64,000 nt of DNA from Chiloscyllium plagiosum (lineage: Eukaryota). Made by a program: the position numbers and the translations under genes. This document shows positions 50,388 through 64,000 of the stretch, one piece after another. Within the stretch, counting starts at the first letter, position 1. Each line of letters begins with the position of its first letter. The DNA lies in the NCBI RefSeq assembly GCF_004010195.1, contig NC_057755.1, positions 1,167,306 to 1,231,305 on the forward strand, in the 5' to 3' direction. The notes under the pieces are model-generated. The model was not told the origin of the DNA. It searched no databases and saw only the letters and a list, made by a program, of their open reading frames with translations.

Positions 50388-52278
50388 TTGAAAGATTGGA
50401 GTGACTGTGCTTGTACACATTTGAGTTTAGAAGGATAAGAGGTGATCTGACTGAGACGTATAAGATTATTAAAGGGTTGGACACTCTGGAGGCAGGATGT
50501 ATCAGTGGATGGGTGAGTCCAGAACCAGAGGACACAGTTTAAAAATAAGGGGTAGGCCATTTAGAACAGAGTTGAGGAGAAACGTCTTCACCCAGAGAGT
50601 GGTGGATATATAGAATGCTCTGCCCCAGAAGGCAGTGAAGGCCAAGTCTCTGGGTCCTTTCAAGAAAGATATGGATAGAGCTCTTAAAGATAGTGGAATC
50701 AAGGGTTATGGGAATACGGCAGGAACAGGATATCGATTGTGGATGATCAGCCATATTCATAATGAATGGTGGTGCAGGCTCGAAGGGCCGAATAGCCTAC
50801 TCCTGCACCTATTGTCTATTGAAAGAGATCAATCTAAGCCTGGTACAGTTGAGAAAAGAAGTGAGCCAAACAGTCAGGGCAGGCAGGGACAAAGCAGAGA
50901 ACAAGGTAGGACTGATAAATTAAATTGCATTTATTTCAATGCAAAAACCCCAACAGGGAAGGCAGATGAATTCAGGACATAGTTAGGAACATGGGACTGG
51001 GACATCATAGCAATTACAGAAACGTGGCTCAGGGATGGACAGGACTGGCAGCTTAATGTTCCAGGATACAAATGCTACAAGAAGGACAGAAAGGGAGGCA
51101 AGAAATAAGGGGAAGTGGCGTTTTTTGATTAGGGATAGCATTACAGCTGTACTGAGGGAGGATATTCGTGGAAATATATCCAGGGACGTTATTTGGGTGG
51201 AACTGAGAAAGAAGAAAGGGATGATCATCTTTTTGGGATTGTATTATACACCCTCTAATAGTCAGCAGGAAATTGAGAAACAAATTTGTAAGCAGATCCC
51301 AGTTATAATAATAGGGTGTAAAAATAATAGGGTGAATATAGTCAGGGATTTTAACTTTCCAAACATAGACTGGGATGGCCATAGTGCTAAGGATTTAGAT
51401 GGAGAGGAATTCCTTAAGTGTGTTACCTCAGATTACAATAGGATCGTGATCAGATGGGCCAATGGGCTGAGGACTGGTAGATGGAGTTTAATTTAGATAA
51501 ATACGAGGTGCTGCATTTTGGGAAGCAAATCTTAGCAAGACTTATACACTTAATAGTAAGGTCCTAGGGAGTGTTACTGAACAAATAGATCTTGGAGTGC
51601 AGGTTCATAGCTCTTTGAAAATAGAGTCACAGATAGAGAGGATAGTGAAGGCAGCATTTGGTATGCTTTCCTTCATTGGTCAGAATATTGAGTACAGGAG
51701 TTGGGAGGTCATGTTGCAGCTGTACAGGACACTGGTTAGGCCACTTTTGGAATATTGTGTGCAATTCTGGTTCCCTTCCTATCAGAAAGATGTTGTGTAA
51801 TTTGAAATGGTTGAGGAAAGATTTACAAGGATGTTGCTAGGATTGGAGGATTTGAGCTTTAGGAAGAGGTTGAATAGGATGGGGCTGTTTTTTCCTGGAG
51901 GGTCGGAGGCTGAGAGGTGACCTCAGAGTTTTATAAAGTCATGAGGAGCATGGAATGGAGAAATAGACAAAGTCTTTTCCCTGGGGTGGGGGAGTCCAGA
52001 ATTAGAGGGCATAGGTTTAGGGTGAGAGGAGAAAGATATAAAAGAGACCTATGAGGTAACTTTTTCACACAGAGAAATGAGCTGGCAGAGGAAGTGGTGG
52101 AAGCTGGTATAACTGCCACATTTAAAAGGCATCTGGATGGGTATATGAATAGGAAGGGTTTGGAGGGACATGAGCCGGATGCTGGCAAATGGGACTAGAT
52201 TGGGTTTGGATATCTGGTCAGCATGGACAGTTGGACTGAAAGGTCTGTTTTCATGCTGTACATCTCTATGACTCTATT
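50388..52278 (+). mobile_element. Cluster of CR1 fragments (3' end 50388-50820, endonuclease 50820-51425, RT 3' end 51430-52278)
   Basis: CTATTGT and CTATGACT tails, plus peptides CIYFNAK, DFNFPNIDW and LYRTLVRPLLEYCVQFW. Confidence 0.88.
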
Positions 52279-53150
52279 TGCCATGTTGGATCAGAGAAAG
52301 TCACTGTCCTTCCTTCCAAATGTGGGGCATTCCTCCAGACGGATGAAACCAGACTGATTCAGCTGGCACCTTCAGACAAGGCTGTAGGGTCTGGTCAGTT
52401 CTGGTGGAAGAGAAGGGCCCTCTTCTCTACAACCCCATTCAGCAGGACATTCAGTTGCCTATCTGCAAAGCAGGATTCCAAATTCCTCTTATCTGCGATG
52501 TCTGGGTCAAACGTCAGGATCCGTGAAGGGCAGTTCTGGACTGACAAGATTGCCTGTGTGCACAAAAACCTTTTAAACATAAATCAGGATGTCAGTCCAT
52601 TCGAGGATATGTGGGCAGTGGTGGGTGGTGAAAATCGGGCCAGCAACAGACGAGGTCAGGTTTGGGAGTTAAGGAGGCAAGATTGGGAGATAGCACAAGG
52701 AATTCACAAGGTCTCCAAGAAAGAAACCCTGTGCGAAACATGATCAAATTGACACTGATCCAAAAGAAAGCACGATTCAGCCAGTTAACTCTCTTCACAC
52801 TCTAACATTAATCAAAAATTAAAAAGTCAGCTCTTACACACAGAAAGGCTGTAAAATAATTCAATTCACCTCTCCCTTGTCTACAACCTGTGATTTGATG
52901 CAGATGCAATACTATATTATAGCGTTAGATCCCAATATCAGGTGTTCCTACAGCCACCAATTGATTGTCTTTTTTACATTACGCCCCGTGTCCACTTTCA
53001 CTATAACTGTTTGATATTAATACTATGACAGACACTCATAATATGTAACATTACCAATAACGCTATTCGTGGTGATGATGATGATAATGGTGATAATAAA
53101 CAATGTCAGGCATCCAGTTATTGTTAACAGACTCTCACTCTGAGACTTAC

Positions 53151-53237
53151 TTCAGTTTCTCTATTTTAGAGTCTGGATTTTTCAAAGCTGCACACAGTGA
53201 CCTCACTCCAGAATCAGTCAGATTATCATCCCTCAGT
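53151..53237 (-). pseudogene. 87-nt LRR exon of the NLR pseudogene
   Basis: Acceptor tttag| and donor |gtaagt. Open frame LRDDNLTDSGVRSLCAALKNPDSKIEKL, an RI-like LRR. Confidence 0.88.
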
Positions 53238-55481
53238 CTAAACAAAGAGAGAAAGTGAAAAAAAGCATCTATATGGACTGAATTTTCACCAGAAGGCTGA
53301 AAAACAGGAGCTAGTTTTGGTTTTGTGTTCATATAAAAGCATTATCTTTTGAGTTTTCTGCATTTTTGAGTGTGGACTAAAATAGAAAAAGGAAGGCGTT
53401 ACAACCAAGCATTTGGGGCAGAGATTGCTGCACTAAAAAAAAATCAAGTGACCAACACCCATTGTAAGTGGTATTTACACTGCTGCTTTGTTCAATCAGT
53501 GAGGCTCAGACAGGTTGGGCCCACGGGGTGTGTATGAAATTAAATTTGGCCTATTAAGTAGCTGATTGGTTTGTGGAGTTGTGATCAGGTGTGGATAACA
53601 ATCACCACCTGTCTGCCAACAAATGTGCTCCTGGGGAGCTGAACTGCTTGTGGATATGAATTGCCAGAAGTCTTCAGACCTCTTGAAGAGGAGATAGTGT
53701 GTCTCTCTGCAGGAAAAAACTCTTGAAGCTTGAGGAAAGTCAGTTTATTTTTCATCACCACTTGCTGTAAGGTGTTGCTTTTAATCAATAAGTCAGAGAT
53801 TTTACAACCTGTAAATCAGTTACTCAGTGCGTTCGACAAGTATGTGAACCTAAAGAGAGATTGAAAAACAGCAAGTCTTGGCCATTAAAAACATCATTTC
53901 AGTGAACTCAATGAAATGGGGCTATTGTATTATCTAACTTTTTTTTCCAATCCACTCATAACAGCATTTTTTAAAAAATCTGTGTGCTTGTCTGTATGTT
54001 TGTGTGTAAAGGAAGAGTTTTATCCCAGTGTTAGATCTTTATTTACTAAGCTTATACATCAACTGTTAATAGCTTCTCAAGTTTTATTTCTGGCGAGAAT
54101 CTTGCAAAGTAAACTCATATCGAATTATTGGACACAAAAACACATTAATTAATGCCAATATCTTATCATTTAAGATATTTCATATTTTTAAACATTCTTT
54201 CCAATTTTTCACTTCCTGCTTCCTCATGTCTGTATACAAGTAAATTTGTGTTTGCATATGCATTTGTTGTGATCTAACCCTAGTCATCTTTTTGTATAAA
54301 TTAAGCTTTTCGTTTTATTCCTCAAGAGTTTGAGAGTCATTTAAAAGTCAAACTTCACGAACATAGATTTTGGGGGAGATAGCATGGCCCAATTCTAAAA
54401 GGAAAATAAATAAGAAAATAAACTAAAATCACCATTGTTACAGACAGAAAAGAACGGTAAAAAGAATTCAACTCCCTCTTTCCATTCACGGTTATATTAT
54501 TCCTCGGTAATCAGATTTAATGTCCAGAATCTCAGTGACTGGCCGTGCGAGTTTTGCAAAATTTCTCTCATTTTGGATGTTCATAATATGGGAATTAATG
54601 AGAATGGCACACTTTTTCATGAACTAAGTGAGAAAGCAGCATGTCCTTGTCCTTTTTAAACTGCACATCATTTTTAACCTCATACTGTATCGGGGTGAGT
54701 AATATCATGAAACCATATTAACTGCTGCTATAAAAATCCATTCCACTGAAATTTATGCAAAGAAGAAATTTATTTTGTTATTACATTATTGGAATATCGC
54801 TCTTCTCTTAATTTGTAGGGAAAGGGAGCTTCCCACTTCATTCACCATTCAAAAGGCTGCATATTTACTGCAGGTGCAGCTGTTGTTATACTTCAAGAGA
54901 ATTTATTGGGAGTTCCCAACTCCCCACAGATGCTCACTTTTGGAAGGGGACTTTGAGAAACCTATTGTTAACTTAGAAAATTTGATCCTACCAATGTGCT
55001 GGACAATTAATGATTTGAAATCTTTAAAAAAATCATCTTATGCAATTATCTCAACTTAAAATACTTCCCACTGTTTGTGGGGAATGAATATCTAATTTCT
55101 GATGACACTTTGGTCATCTTCCCACATGATCAGTGCACCTTTAAAACTGTTGTTCTAAATTATTAGTATTTTTTTTAAACTTAACTTTTAACAGCATTGC
55201 TGTTTAAAATCATTGCAATCTCGAGATTCTAGTCTTATAAATAAATACCAAATGTTTCCTTTTTGTTTCACTTCCATGGTCGAGTTCTGCAAGAATCCAT
55301 TAAGCTTACCAACAATTGGTCAGCAAAGGCAACATTCTTATTTTTCACCTCAACATGTCTGATATTCTAAAGTTTGTCTTACTTTACCTCAGTTGTTTGA
55401 ACTGATAAAGGTGATTTCCTTGTTTCTTTTGCAACACAATAAGTGATTTATCAATAATGAAAGTACTGAACAAGCAGTTAC

Positions 55482-57222
55482 TTCAAGACATGGCATTTGT
55501 GCAGAATGGATGCCAACCATTGGAGTCCATCACACCGTATATAGCATTTCCGTAGTGCCAGCTCTTTCATGGAATCACAGAACCCAATAACATGAGAGGG
55601 GACTGGACAGTCAAAAGGAGTCAGTTGCAATCCATCAAAGGCAAATGTTTCCACAAATCCCACTGTGACCTGAGCCAATGCTTCATTCTGAGATTCAAAT
55701 AGGTACTGCAGCATCACCAGGAGGTTTCTTTTTCCAGTGTGATCCATCATACTTCCAGCCACTGTGACAAGGACTTTCTTCACCCACTCAATCACTCCAC
55801 AGGTTGTTTGATGAAGAAATGGACCCAGAAACTTCTGCAGGGGGCATGCTGCCTGTGGGGAAGAAACACCAGCAATGAAATGAAGAAATATTTCAAATCT
55901 TCCATCATTCTTGGTGTGGGCTACATGGAGAAGCTTTAGGAGTTTTTCAGATGTGCAATCAGGAGTTGAGCGAGTGCAGTGATAAACTTTTAGATGATGA
56001 GATGTGGGAATGTGTAAACCCAACTGCAGACATAATCATCTCTCTCCAAAAGTTCCATCAGAAATCGAGACAGGAACTGGGAGGGTTGCAGATTGTGCTG
56101 GATCAAATCTCCTTCCTCAAACACAATCTTCTTCTCAGAGACTCCTGTGAAGGCCATCTCACCAAGCTTAAGTAACACACTGTGGGGGTCTCAATCTCTT
56201 GGCCATGGTTTTTCAGAATGTTGTAAATATAATAGGAATATGGTTGGGTGATGGTTTTAGGAACTTGCTGCTGTTTCCTGTCTCTTTGTGTGAAGAAGGG
56301 ACCCCCAGTGACAGACTGAGGATCCAACAGTGCGAAAGGCTATAGCACACGGTGAACAGGATCTCGTCTGCCTCCACGTGTTTGAAAATAGCTTCGGTCA
56401 CCGTCTGATCCTAAAAAAACCTGTTGAAATATTTCTTCCGCTCATTATCAACAAATCCCAGGATTTCAGCCGAGACACTGATCTCAGCCTTTTCCAATAA
56501 AAGCAATGCAGTGGGACAGCTGGTCACTAGCACTGAACATCCAGGGAGAAGCATGTGCTGGATTAAACTGGATTAAATTACACTATGTCAAATAATTCAC
56601 AACAGCATTCAGGATCAGTGCACATGAACTGAGGTTCTGCATTTCTCCGATTGTCGGAAAAATCAATATGGTCCTTGAATTTATCCAAACTATAAATATG
56701 AACACCAAACTCTCTGGTTCTTCCACAGCTCTCCCAGAACATTCCCAAAGTATGGATACTGATCCAGTATCATATTCCTCAGGTTTATCCTACAGTTAAT
56801 AGTATTTAAATCCGGAATTTAAAACTGAATATAAATTGAAATTCTGGGTATATTTTCTCAGTGGGCCAAGCATAAACAATCTTTTGCACCATTACTGTTT
56901 TACCAATCCCTGGGATTCCACTCACTGCTGCTGAACTCCTAGAGTTGGACTTTCTGTGAGAAAAACTGCTGTAGGATAATTGATCAGTTCGGATTTTTTC
57001 TAGTTTGTGACGGAGATGTTTCTCTCTCCACTTTTCATGGTCTCAGCCTCTTGACAGCAGCTCATGTTCTACAAGTATCCAATCTTAAATAATAAAAATA
57101 AGCGTTAGCTCAGGGTATCAATCAATCAGCTGGAAAACCTTCACCTTCTCCTTTATTCGGAGTGTTCACTCTCAGTGTTTCAGATTTGACCTGGAGCATC
57201 TCCTTATGTTTCTGCTGAACAC
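55482..57222 (-). pseudogene. NACHT exon of an NLRC3/NLRP-like gene, disabled
   Basis: Walker A GIPGIGKT at 56896-56919, a degenerate Walker B near 56680-56710, and SVLVTS, EILGF, KLGEMAFTGV, YTFPHL and DGRFEIFLHFIAG, followed by the first LRR. Multiple frameshifts and stops. Acceptor aag| at 57223 and donor |gtaact at 55481. Confidence 0.92.
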
Positions 57223-57964
57223 CTTTGATTTAAACAGACAGAAAATGTTTCTCAAATGTTAGTTATATTAACAATAAAAAAAATCTTTTCACTAGACTGT
57301 GAAATGTTGCATTTAGTGCATAGATTCAATATAGGTATGTGAAGAAATTAAACCTCAGTTCATGAAAACATCACTTGAAAGTGAAGGACAGTTGAGAAAA
57401 AAAAATCAAATTCTTTTAGTTTTGGTAATTATTGAACCTTGAAATCTCTTCAAAAGGTGATAATTTGCTTCTATTGATTAACATATTATGTGATTTAAAA
57501 AGAATTATATTGCATTACAGTAATGTTCTAGTTTCCACGTAATAAACATGAAAGTGATATGGTTCAAAAAATTCTAACAGAAGTGGAAGATTACCTTTAT
57601 CCAGGAAGACTGAACAGGCAAGGACTCTTATCACTCCAGGACAGATAAAGATGATGTTCATGTAATAAAGGTATTTCATATCATGAATATGATTGATGGA
57701 CAGAGTAGGAGAGTGGAGCTAATTGGAGATATTAATTTGGAAATGAAGGTGGTCACTAATCAAGGAGGTAATACAGGTGAAATATCATTACCCCATAGAG
57801 ATTTAGAATGTGGACCTGACTTTAAAAGGAATCGGTCAGATGAATACATGGATGAAAGCTGGCTAAACAAACAGTAGAGTTATGGGAATAGAGGTGAGAG
57901 AGGGTATGCGAAGAACAATTGAGCTGAATGGCCAGCTTCCATGGTACAGATCTAATGTCAGTTT

Positions 57965-58315
57965 GGGGAGGCAATGAACTAGTGATATGATTGCTAGACT
58001 ATTAATCAAGAAACTCAGCTAATGTTCTGGGGACTTAGGTTCAAGTCCCGCCATGACAGATGGTGGAATTTGAATTCAATGAAGAACATGGAATTAAGGA
58101 GACTAATGACCACCATGAATCAATTGTCACTGGTTGAAAGAAAACTCATCTGGCTCACTAATGTCATTTAGGGAAGGAAACTGCCGTTCTTACCCAGTCT
58201 GGTCTGTATATGACTGCTGAATTACACCAATGTGGTTGATGCTTAACTACCCTTGAGATGGGCAATAATTGTTGGCCTAGCTAGAGATGCCCTCATGCCA
58301 TGAGTGAATAAAGAA
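57965..58315 (+). mobile_element. Old tRNA-derived SINE with a CR1/L2-type tail
   Basis: B-box-like GGTTCAAGTCCC near 58038 and tail gggcaataattgttggcctag..gtgaataaa. Related fragments at ~33660-33860, 34040-34560 and 63735-64000 (minus). Confidence 0.6.
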
Positions 58316-58765
58316 GTACTTCAATTCACATATTTTCACATTTCTGCTTTTTATTAGAAGGGCATAACCAAATATATCTGACTCAAAGTGTTGTTATTTT
58401 CAAATGCCAGGTACATAGGAATCGGCTTTTAAGTGTATCAGGATCCTGTCAGGTGTGTATAGGGTTTCACATGATATCAGGATCCTCTGTCTAAATTTCA
58501 TACATAACAGTGACCAGCAGGTCACTTGATGAAATAATTCAACTCCCATACATTTACAGCATGCAGGACAAACTGTATGAATCCTAATTTGAATCTACAT
58601 AAAATAGTTGAGATATGACGATGATCCAGTAAATTAGAACTGTGTTTTCAAGCTTCTGAACTTTAGATTATTAAATTTTGAAACCCAAATAAATGGCTAA
58701 AATCAAACATTTTGATTTACGCAACTGAAATAAAACAGTTTTAAGATTCACATACTGTTAATTAC

Positions 58766-58831
58766 CTTTCAGGTGACTGGGTAAATCGGATAAACTTCAG
58801 ATGATATCCATATAATGAATTGGATCAGAAC
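58766..58831 (-). pseudogene. Short linker exon of the NLR pseudogene
   Basis: Acceptor cacag| and donor |gtaat. Reads GSDPIHYMDII*SLSDLPSHLK with an in-frame stop. Confidence 0.7.
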
Positions 58832-58934
58832 CTGTGCAGATTATTTAGGTTTCAGTAATTCAGATCTGTGTAACACTACAGCAAAATATGAAATGCTCCA
58901 ATCTGAAATTAAATAGTGTGAGACCTTACTGTAT

Positions 58935-59105
58935 CATGTTTCCATATTTCTTTCAGTATTTTATCCAACTTTGGTAACCCACGGCGCATTTTTACAAAGG
59001 ATTCCTACATCACACTTTGAGCCTGAGAATCTTTCACCATCACCAGATTCAGGAGAAGTTTGGAACAGTCGATCGGTTTCCCTTCTCCACAAGGTCAGTG
59101 ATTTC
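58935..59105 (-). pseudogene. N-terminal (death-fold/CARD-like) exon of the NLR pseudogene
   Basis: After the ttacag| acceptor: EITDLVEKGNR, then a frameshift, then DCSKLLLNLVMVKDSQAQSVM*ESFVKMRRGLPKLDKILKEI. The in-phase donor appears mutated. Confidence 0.75.
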
Positions 59106-60649
59106 CTGTAAAGAATAATCATTAATGGATTGAGTAGTGGAGTGAATGGGAAGGAAAATATCTCCTTCGAAATGGGATTCCGTTATTTTGAGCCTGGAAA
59201 GCAGTCACTGCACCATATCCTGATCTGTGGTGAATATGGGTGAGTACACTGTAAACATCTTCTCGAAAGACAGGATCCTAAATACGCCACTTTGCCCTTG
59301 AGCATGGTCTGTCAATCAGCTTTACCTCCCAGTTGTTTTCAGGACAGCAAGCAATTACTGGGACAGGTACTGATCCATTCTGATCAGGAGCAAAACAGTG
59401 AAGAACAGATGTGGTAGAATCAGCCCTTCCAGCCTAACTTGTTCATTCAAAATCATGGAACAGATCCACAAGATTTTTTTCTGAAACAGAATTTACTTGT
59501 TCACCTCATATCTTGTGTAAGGGCACACGTTGATTGTATAGGAGGACAGTTCAGCTCCATGACATCTGTGTAACAGTTTCTCAGTGTTATGTCCTGGGGC
59601 CAACTGTGTTCAACTAGGTGCAGCAAGCCCTTTGATGACAGCCTGGATTAGGTTGAAAAGTGGGAAGCAATGCTCATGGCACAGAATTTTTAACTGATCA
59701 CTCACTGCAATAACGGACAACGTTACCGTCTTCCTTTCTCATTCAAGGGCATAACCATCTCTGGTTCATTCACTATCACGCTGAGCCTGATTCAAACTCA
59801 GTCACCAATGATAAATTGAAGGTAGGCAGATATGAGTAAGTGCACAGACTCAGAGGAAACATAGATATCCAGCAATACATGATTTTAAAATTGCTAAGAA
59901 CGTGACTAACTGAATCTGTGTATGCTCGTGTTCTAGTTTGTAGAACTCAACATCACTTTTCCTGTGTTATCTGATGAGTGATGGAAGTTCAAGTTTGTGG
60001 CTGGTCTTATCTCTGCACGTGTACATCCTTGTGGGAAACAGAATGAATTTGATTGTTCAGTCAGTTCAGATGTACCAACTGCATTGCATCAACATCTTTA
60101 CTTTAAACTCTGAGCAATGAGGTTTTTTTAAAAAAAGTTATTTTTGCAAAAAAATAAGAGATAAGGTTAAGCCATGGAGCTCCCCTAAAGGAATTCTGGC
60201 TGAAATCCAACTTGAACTTCTCAAACCATTACTTTAAATACACTAGCATGCATCAGAAAAGCTAGGATAGAAATTTAAAAATTAAACAAAAAGGATCAGT
60301 TCAGGTAGAAGAATTAGATACCAACAATAAATATTGGAAGAGGTGTCCTGATTTCTGCTGCAAAATGTTGATGATTTTGTTCAAACTGTGAAAGCTAACT
60401 TTACTATATGACAAATATAACAGACAGAGGAGACACAAGTGACTTCTCATCTGTGGTTCTGAAAGCTCTAAACTACTGTGGTTTTTCCTCACTTCATGTC
60501 TGGTTTGTTGTAGATGAACTGATGATTGTGAGCCATTAATAGCTCCAATATTATTACAGTGTGAGACTGTCAGCATTTGCTTTACTATTATTCCGTAAAT
60601 GTTGTGATTTATACATATTTGGAACCCATTTTCTGTCCCTCTCACTTAC

Positions 60650-60816
60650 CATATGCTCTTTTCCACTGAAAATCCTCTTGTTTGTTAATAATGAGCCGAC
60701 TCCATCTATCCCTTCTTCAGTTGCCTGTTCAAGTCCGTCCTGGTAGAATTTCGTCAACCAGAATAAATGATAGCCCTTACACTCTGTCAAGAATTTGGTA
60801 ATTGTGGAGTCTGGAT
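60650..60816 (-). pseudogene. N-terminal exon of the NLR pseudogene
   Basis: DPDSTITKFLTECKGYHLFWLTKFYQDGLEQATEEGIDGVGSLLTNKRIFSGKEHM then |gtaagt, in phase with the 59105 exon. Confidence 0.72.
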
Positions 60817-60996
60817 CTCTGAACACAAATGTAAATAAAATCCATTACCATCTTTCTAATCAGTTGGCTATAATTCCTCTTAAACTGAATAACTAAATAT
60901 ATGTGTGAACCACATTTTCAAACACAGTCTTCAAACCTGTACAATCTGCCTGTCCCTATTCTTCAAAATTGACCATATCTGTCAAGCATGACTTAC

Positions 60997-61039
60997 CTTC
61001 ATCTTACGTGTTAGAACCTCCTCTGATCACGCTGGACAT
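60997..61039 (-). pseudogene. Putative first coding exon of the NLR pseudogene
   Basis: ATG TCC AGC..ACG TAA GAT GAA G|gtaagt. The phase fits the next exon and it contains a premature stop. Confidence 0.5.
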
Positions 61040-62189
61040 TGCTAAATTTCACTAATTAGACCTTGAAATATAAATTCTGGAGTTTCCTTACAAAGCATTC
61101 TCTTTGTCCAACTCAGTCATTCCTGGTCAGCCTCCAAACTTCATTAAGAAACGTATTGTCTCTTAGTATCTTGGAAAAATGCTTCTTTTTTCAAATATCT
61201 CCACCACAGATCACATGATTTACAACTTGGTCCTAAGTTCTAACTGCAGGTTGACATAACGAGACACTTCACCCTTCTGGAATTTCTCCCCATCATCGTG
61301 TGGAGACAGCGAAAGCATCGAACAAAGAAATGCAGATTTTCTGATGTCTGGCTCGCTAACAGGTCAGACATTAATAATACTGAGACACCAAGGAGGCCAC
61401 GCTGAGTGCAGCATCGGTGAGAGGCAAGTGGGACAAAGGAAGAGGAAAAAGGTAATAGTTAAAATTCTATAAATGAGGAGATCAGGAGAATTCTTAGAAA
61501 GACATGTGCTCTGACCAGGTCATGAAGGCTAAGTGTATTGTGTGTCTAGAGACGCTGAGAGCAACACTCCATCTATAAGCATATGGTCAATGGACTTGAG
61601 CAAGTGGGGAGGAAACTCCTTCATTAAACAGAATAGCTTGTCAATGAGCATCCTATACCCCACCATTTCCTTTAATGGCCAACATCAGGGAAATTTACCA
61701 TACCTTGCTCGAACTAAACCACTGTTTATGGAAGACAGTAATGTCCATCACACCCTCCCATTTTTTAACTGTATCCACATAGTTTGTGTTCAATTATAAG
61801 CTCTGGGAACCAACTCAACTCTTACTTAGCATTTATTAACAGTAAAATTCTGTCAACACTTTTCATTCTGCTGAAATAGCAATAATCAGCAACTGTTTGC
61901 ATGGAGATCTTATCACACCTGATACATCACACTATCCTGAAGACCAAATGTACAGGGGAATGTCATCGCCATCAGGCTCCACTCCAAGTCATACACCTTC
62001 CCACACATTTTCCTTCCTCATTGCTGGGTCAAAATCATGGAACTTCCAACCAAACAGTTTCATCCCCAATAGCTTTATGAACTGCCTGACGCATACTAAG
62101 ACCCGAGTACTTCAAAACTTCCAGTCACATCGGCTAACACTTTGACCAACAATGCAAAGTCATCATTGGTGGTGGACTGCTTTTGTTAA

Positions 62190-62880
62190 TGGGGTTCTGG
62201 ATGTCGGTTTGCTTACTGAGCTGGAAGGTTTGTTTTCAGACATTTCATCACCATACTAGGTAAGATCATCAGTGAGTCTCCGGATGAAGCATTGGTGATA
62301 TGGCCTACCTTTTATTTATGTGTTTAGGTTTCCTTGGGTTGGTGATGTCATTGCATGCAAGGACAGCATGGAGGCTCAGTGGTTAACACTGCTGCTTCAC
62401 ATTGCCAGGGACCCAGATTCAATTCTAGCCTTAGGCGACTGTCTGTGTGGAGTTTGCACATTCTCCCCATATCTGCGTGGGTTTCTTCTGGATGCTCCGG
62501 TTTCCTCCCACAGTTCAAAGATGGGCAGGTTTGGTGAATTGGCCATGCTAAATTGCTCATTGTGTTCAGGGATGTGGAGGTTAGCTGGACAGTCAGGGGT
62601 AAATGTAGGAGAATGGGTCTGGGTGGATTACTCTTCGGAGGGTCGGTGTGGATTTGTTGGGCTGAAGGACCTGTTTCCACATTGTAGGGATTTTAAATCT
62701 AATTCTAATTTCCTGTGGTGGTGTCAGCTCCTGTGGTGATCTAATTTCCTGTTCTTTTTCTTAGGGGGTGGTAAATAGGATCCAAGTCAATGTGTTTGTT
62801 GATAGAGTTCTGATTGGAATGCCATGCTTCTAGGAATTCTTGTGCATGTCTATTTGGCTTGTCCTAGGATGGATCTGTTG
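62190..62880 (-). mobile_element. Penelope A-family 3' end / terminal repeat fragment
   Basis: Similar to 6661-6990 and 10250-10560. Encodes EFLEAWHS and has a CTGATGA..GAAA motif at ~62236-62275. Interrupted by HE1. Confidence 0.8.
62360..62710 (+). mobile_element. HE1 (V-SINE)
   Basis: tRNA head, V-domain and tail. Confidence 0.88.
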
Positions 62881-62919
62881 TACGACATCAACTTCTCTCA
62901 TGCACACACTTGATCACAT

Positions 62920-63310
62920 TTTCCAAAAATTCTTAGAAATATGTTTGGCATGACCTCCCTCTGACAAATCTATGCTGATTATCCCAATATTAATCTTTGC
63001 CTTCCGAAAGTGGATTCTCTCCTTCAGAACATTTTCCAATAGTTTCCTACTACTGACACGAGACTCAACGGTCTGTAATTTTCAGGTTCGTCTCCACCAC
63101 CCTTCTTGAAAAATGGAACCACAATAGCTGTCCTCCAATCCTCTGGCACCTCCCTGTGGCCAAAGTGGAATTAAAAACATGTCAGAGCCCCTGCAGTTTC
63201 CTGCCTTGCTCCCGCAGGAGCCGGGGACACAATTCATCTAGGTCATGGGACTTGTCTGTTTTTAAGCCTGATGGAGCCTCCAATATCTCACCATTTCCTA
63301 TGTCAAACTA
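62920..63310 (-). mobile_element. CR1 RT fragment
   Basis: Degraded DKS..PDEL, EDWRTAIVVPFFKKG..NYRPLSLVSVVG. Confidence 0.7.
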
Positions 63311-64000
63311 TACAGACACTTTTCCTGAGGTCCATACCTATGCTCTCTTTTTCCAGAGTGAGATCAAACATGGTTTCTCACTTCTCCCTTTCTACACCGT
63401 CCATCTTGTTCCCTCTTCCTGTTCTGAGCTGCATGCTCTTCCACAGGTTTAGAGGCTCATTTCAGGACAAAAATGTTATGTTACACCAGGTGGTGAACCT
63501 ACCTGTGTTCATTGTAACACTTTGTGAGTTGTGGGATTTTCTTCTTTGTTTACTCTTTCTGCAATCCTGGTGACAGGTGTTCCCAGATTCTGGAATAAAT
63601 ATGTATCAATAGCAGGGGTTGACAGAGAATATTGCAGTGAGGAAAACATTGCCTAGTTAAACAGGATAGCATTCCCTTCTTTCCTCTATCAGTAAACCAT
63701 TCAAACTTATGATGAACTCTCCAGATCAGAGTTTTATTTTTATATTCATCACAGTATGTGGGCATCATCGGTGAGGCCAACATTTATTACCCAGACAGCA
63801 ATTAAGAGTCAACCATATTGCTGTGGGACTGTAGTTACATATAGACCAAACCAGCTAAGTATGACAGTTCCCTTCTCTAAAGGATATCAGTGAAGCAAAT
63901 GGGTCTTTCTGACAAACAATGATGTTTCATGGTCTCCATTACGACTCCTAATTTCAGGTGTTTTTTTATTGAATTCAAATACCACAAACTGCCATTGCAG

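Noticed and set aside
52290..52800. DIRS or other element remnant
   Set aside because: No motif that I can support by eye.

Overview
Repeat-dense vertebrate genomic DNA, most likely a shark (HE1/V-SINEs, shark-type CR1 LINEs, Penelope-like elements). It has three N-gaps and no intact protein-coding gene that I can support. The backbone is a disabled, multi-exon NLR-type gene on the minus strand (death-fold-like N-terminus, NACHT, LRR; exons at ~61.0, 60.7, 59.0, 58.8, 55.5-57.2 and 53.2 kb, with probable further LRR exons at ~14.9 and ~11.85 kb). The most unusual structure is a head-to-tail array at ~17.0-32.2 kb, which resumes at 38.3-38.8 kb. It holds about 16 long and several short copies of the 3' end of a Tx1/L1-clade retrotransposon: C-terminal zinc-finger coding region, structured 3' UTR and A-tail. 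The copies are joined by AAATAA(A/C)CAGG linkers that carry variable lengths of one LTR-like sequence, which suggests repeated targeted insertion plus later tandem duplication. Also present: nested, internally inverted Penelope elements with minimal hammerhead-ribozyme motifs, short palindromic hammerhead-bearing elements, an intron-plus-LRR-exon duplication, and remnants of CR1, L1, RTE and Harbinger-type elements. All calls were made by eye and boundaries are approximate unless junction bases are quoted.
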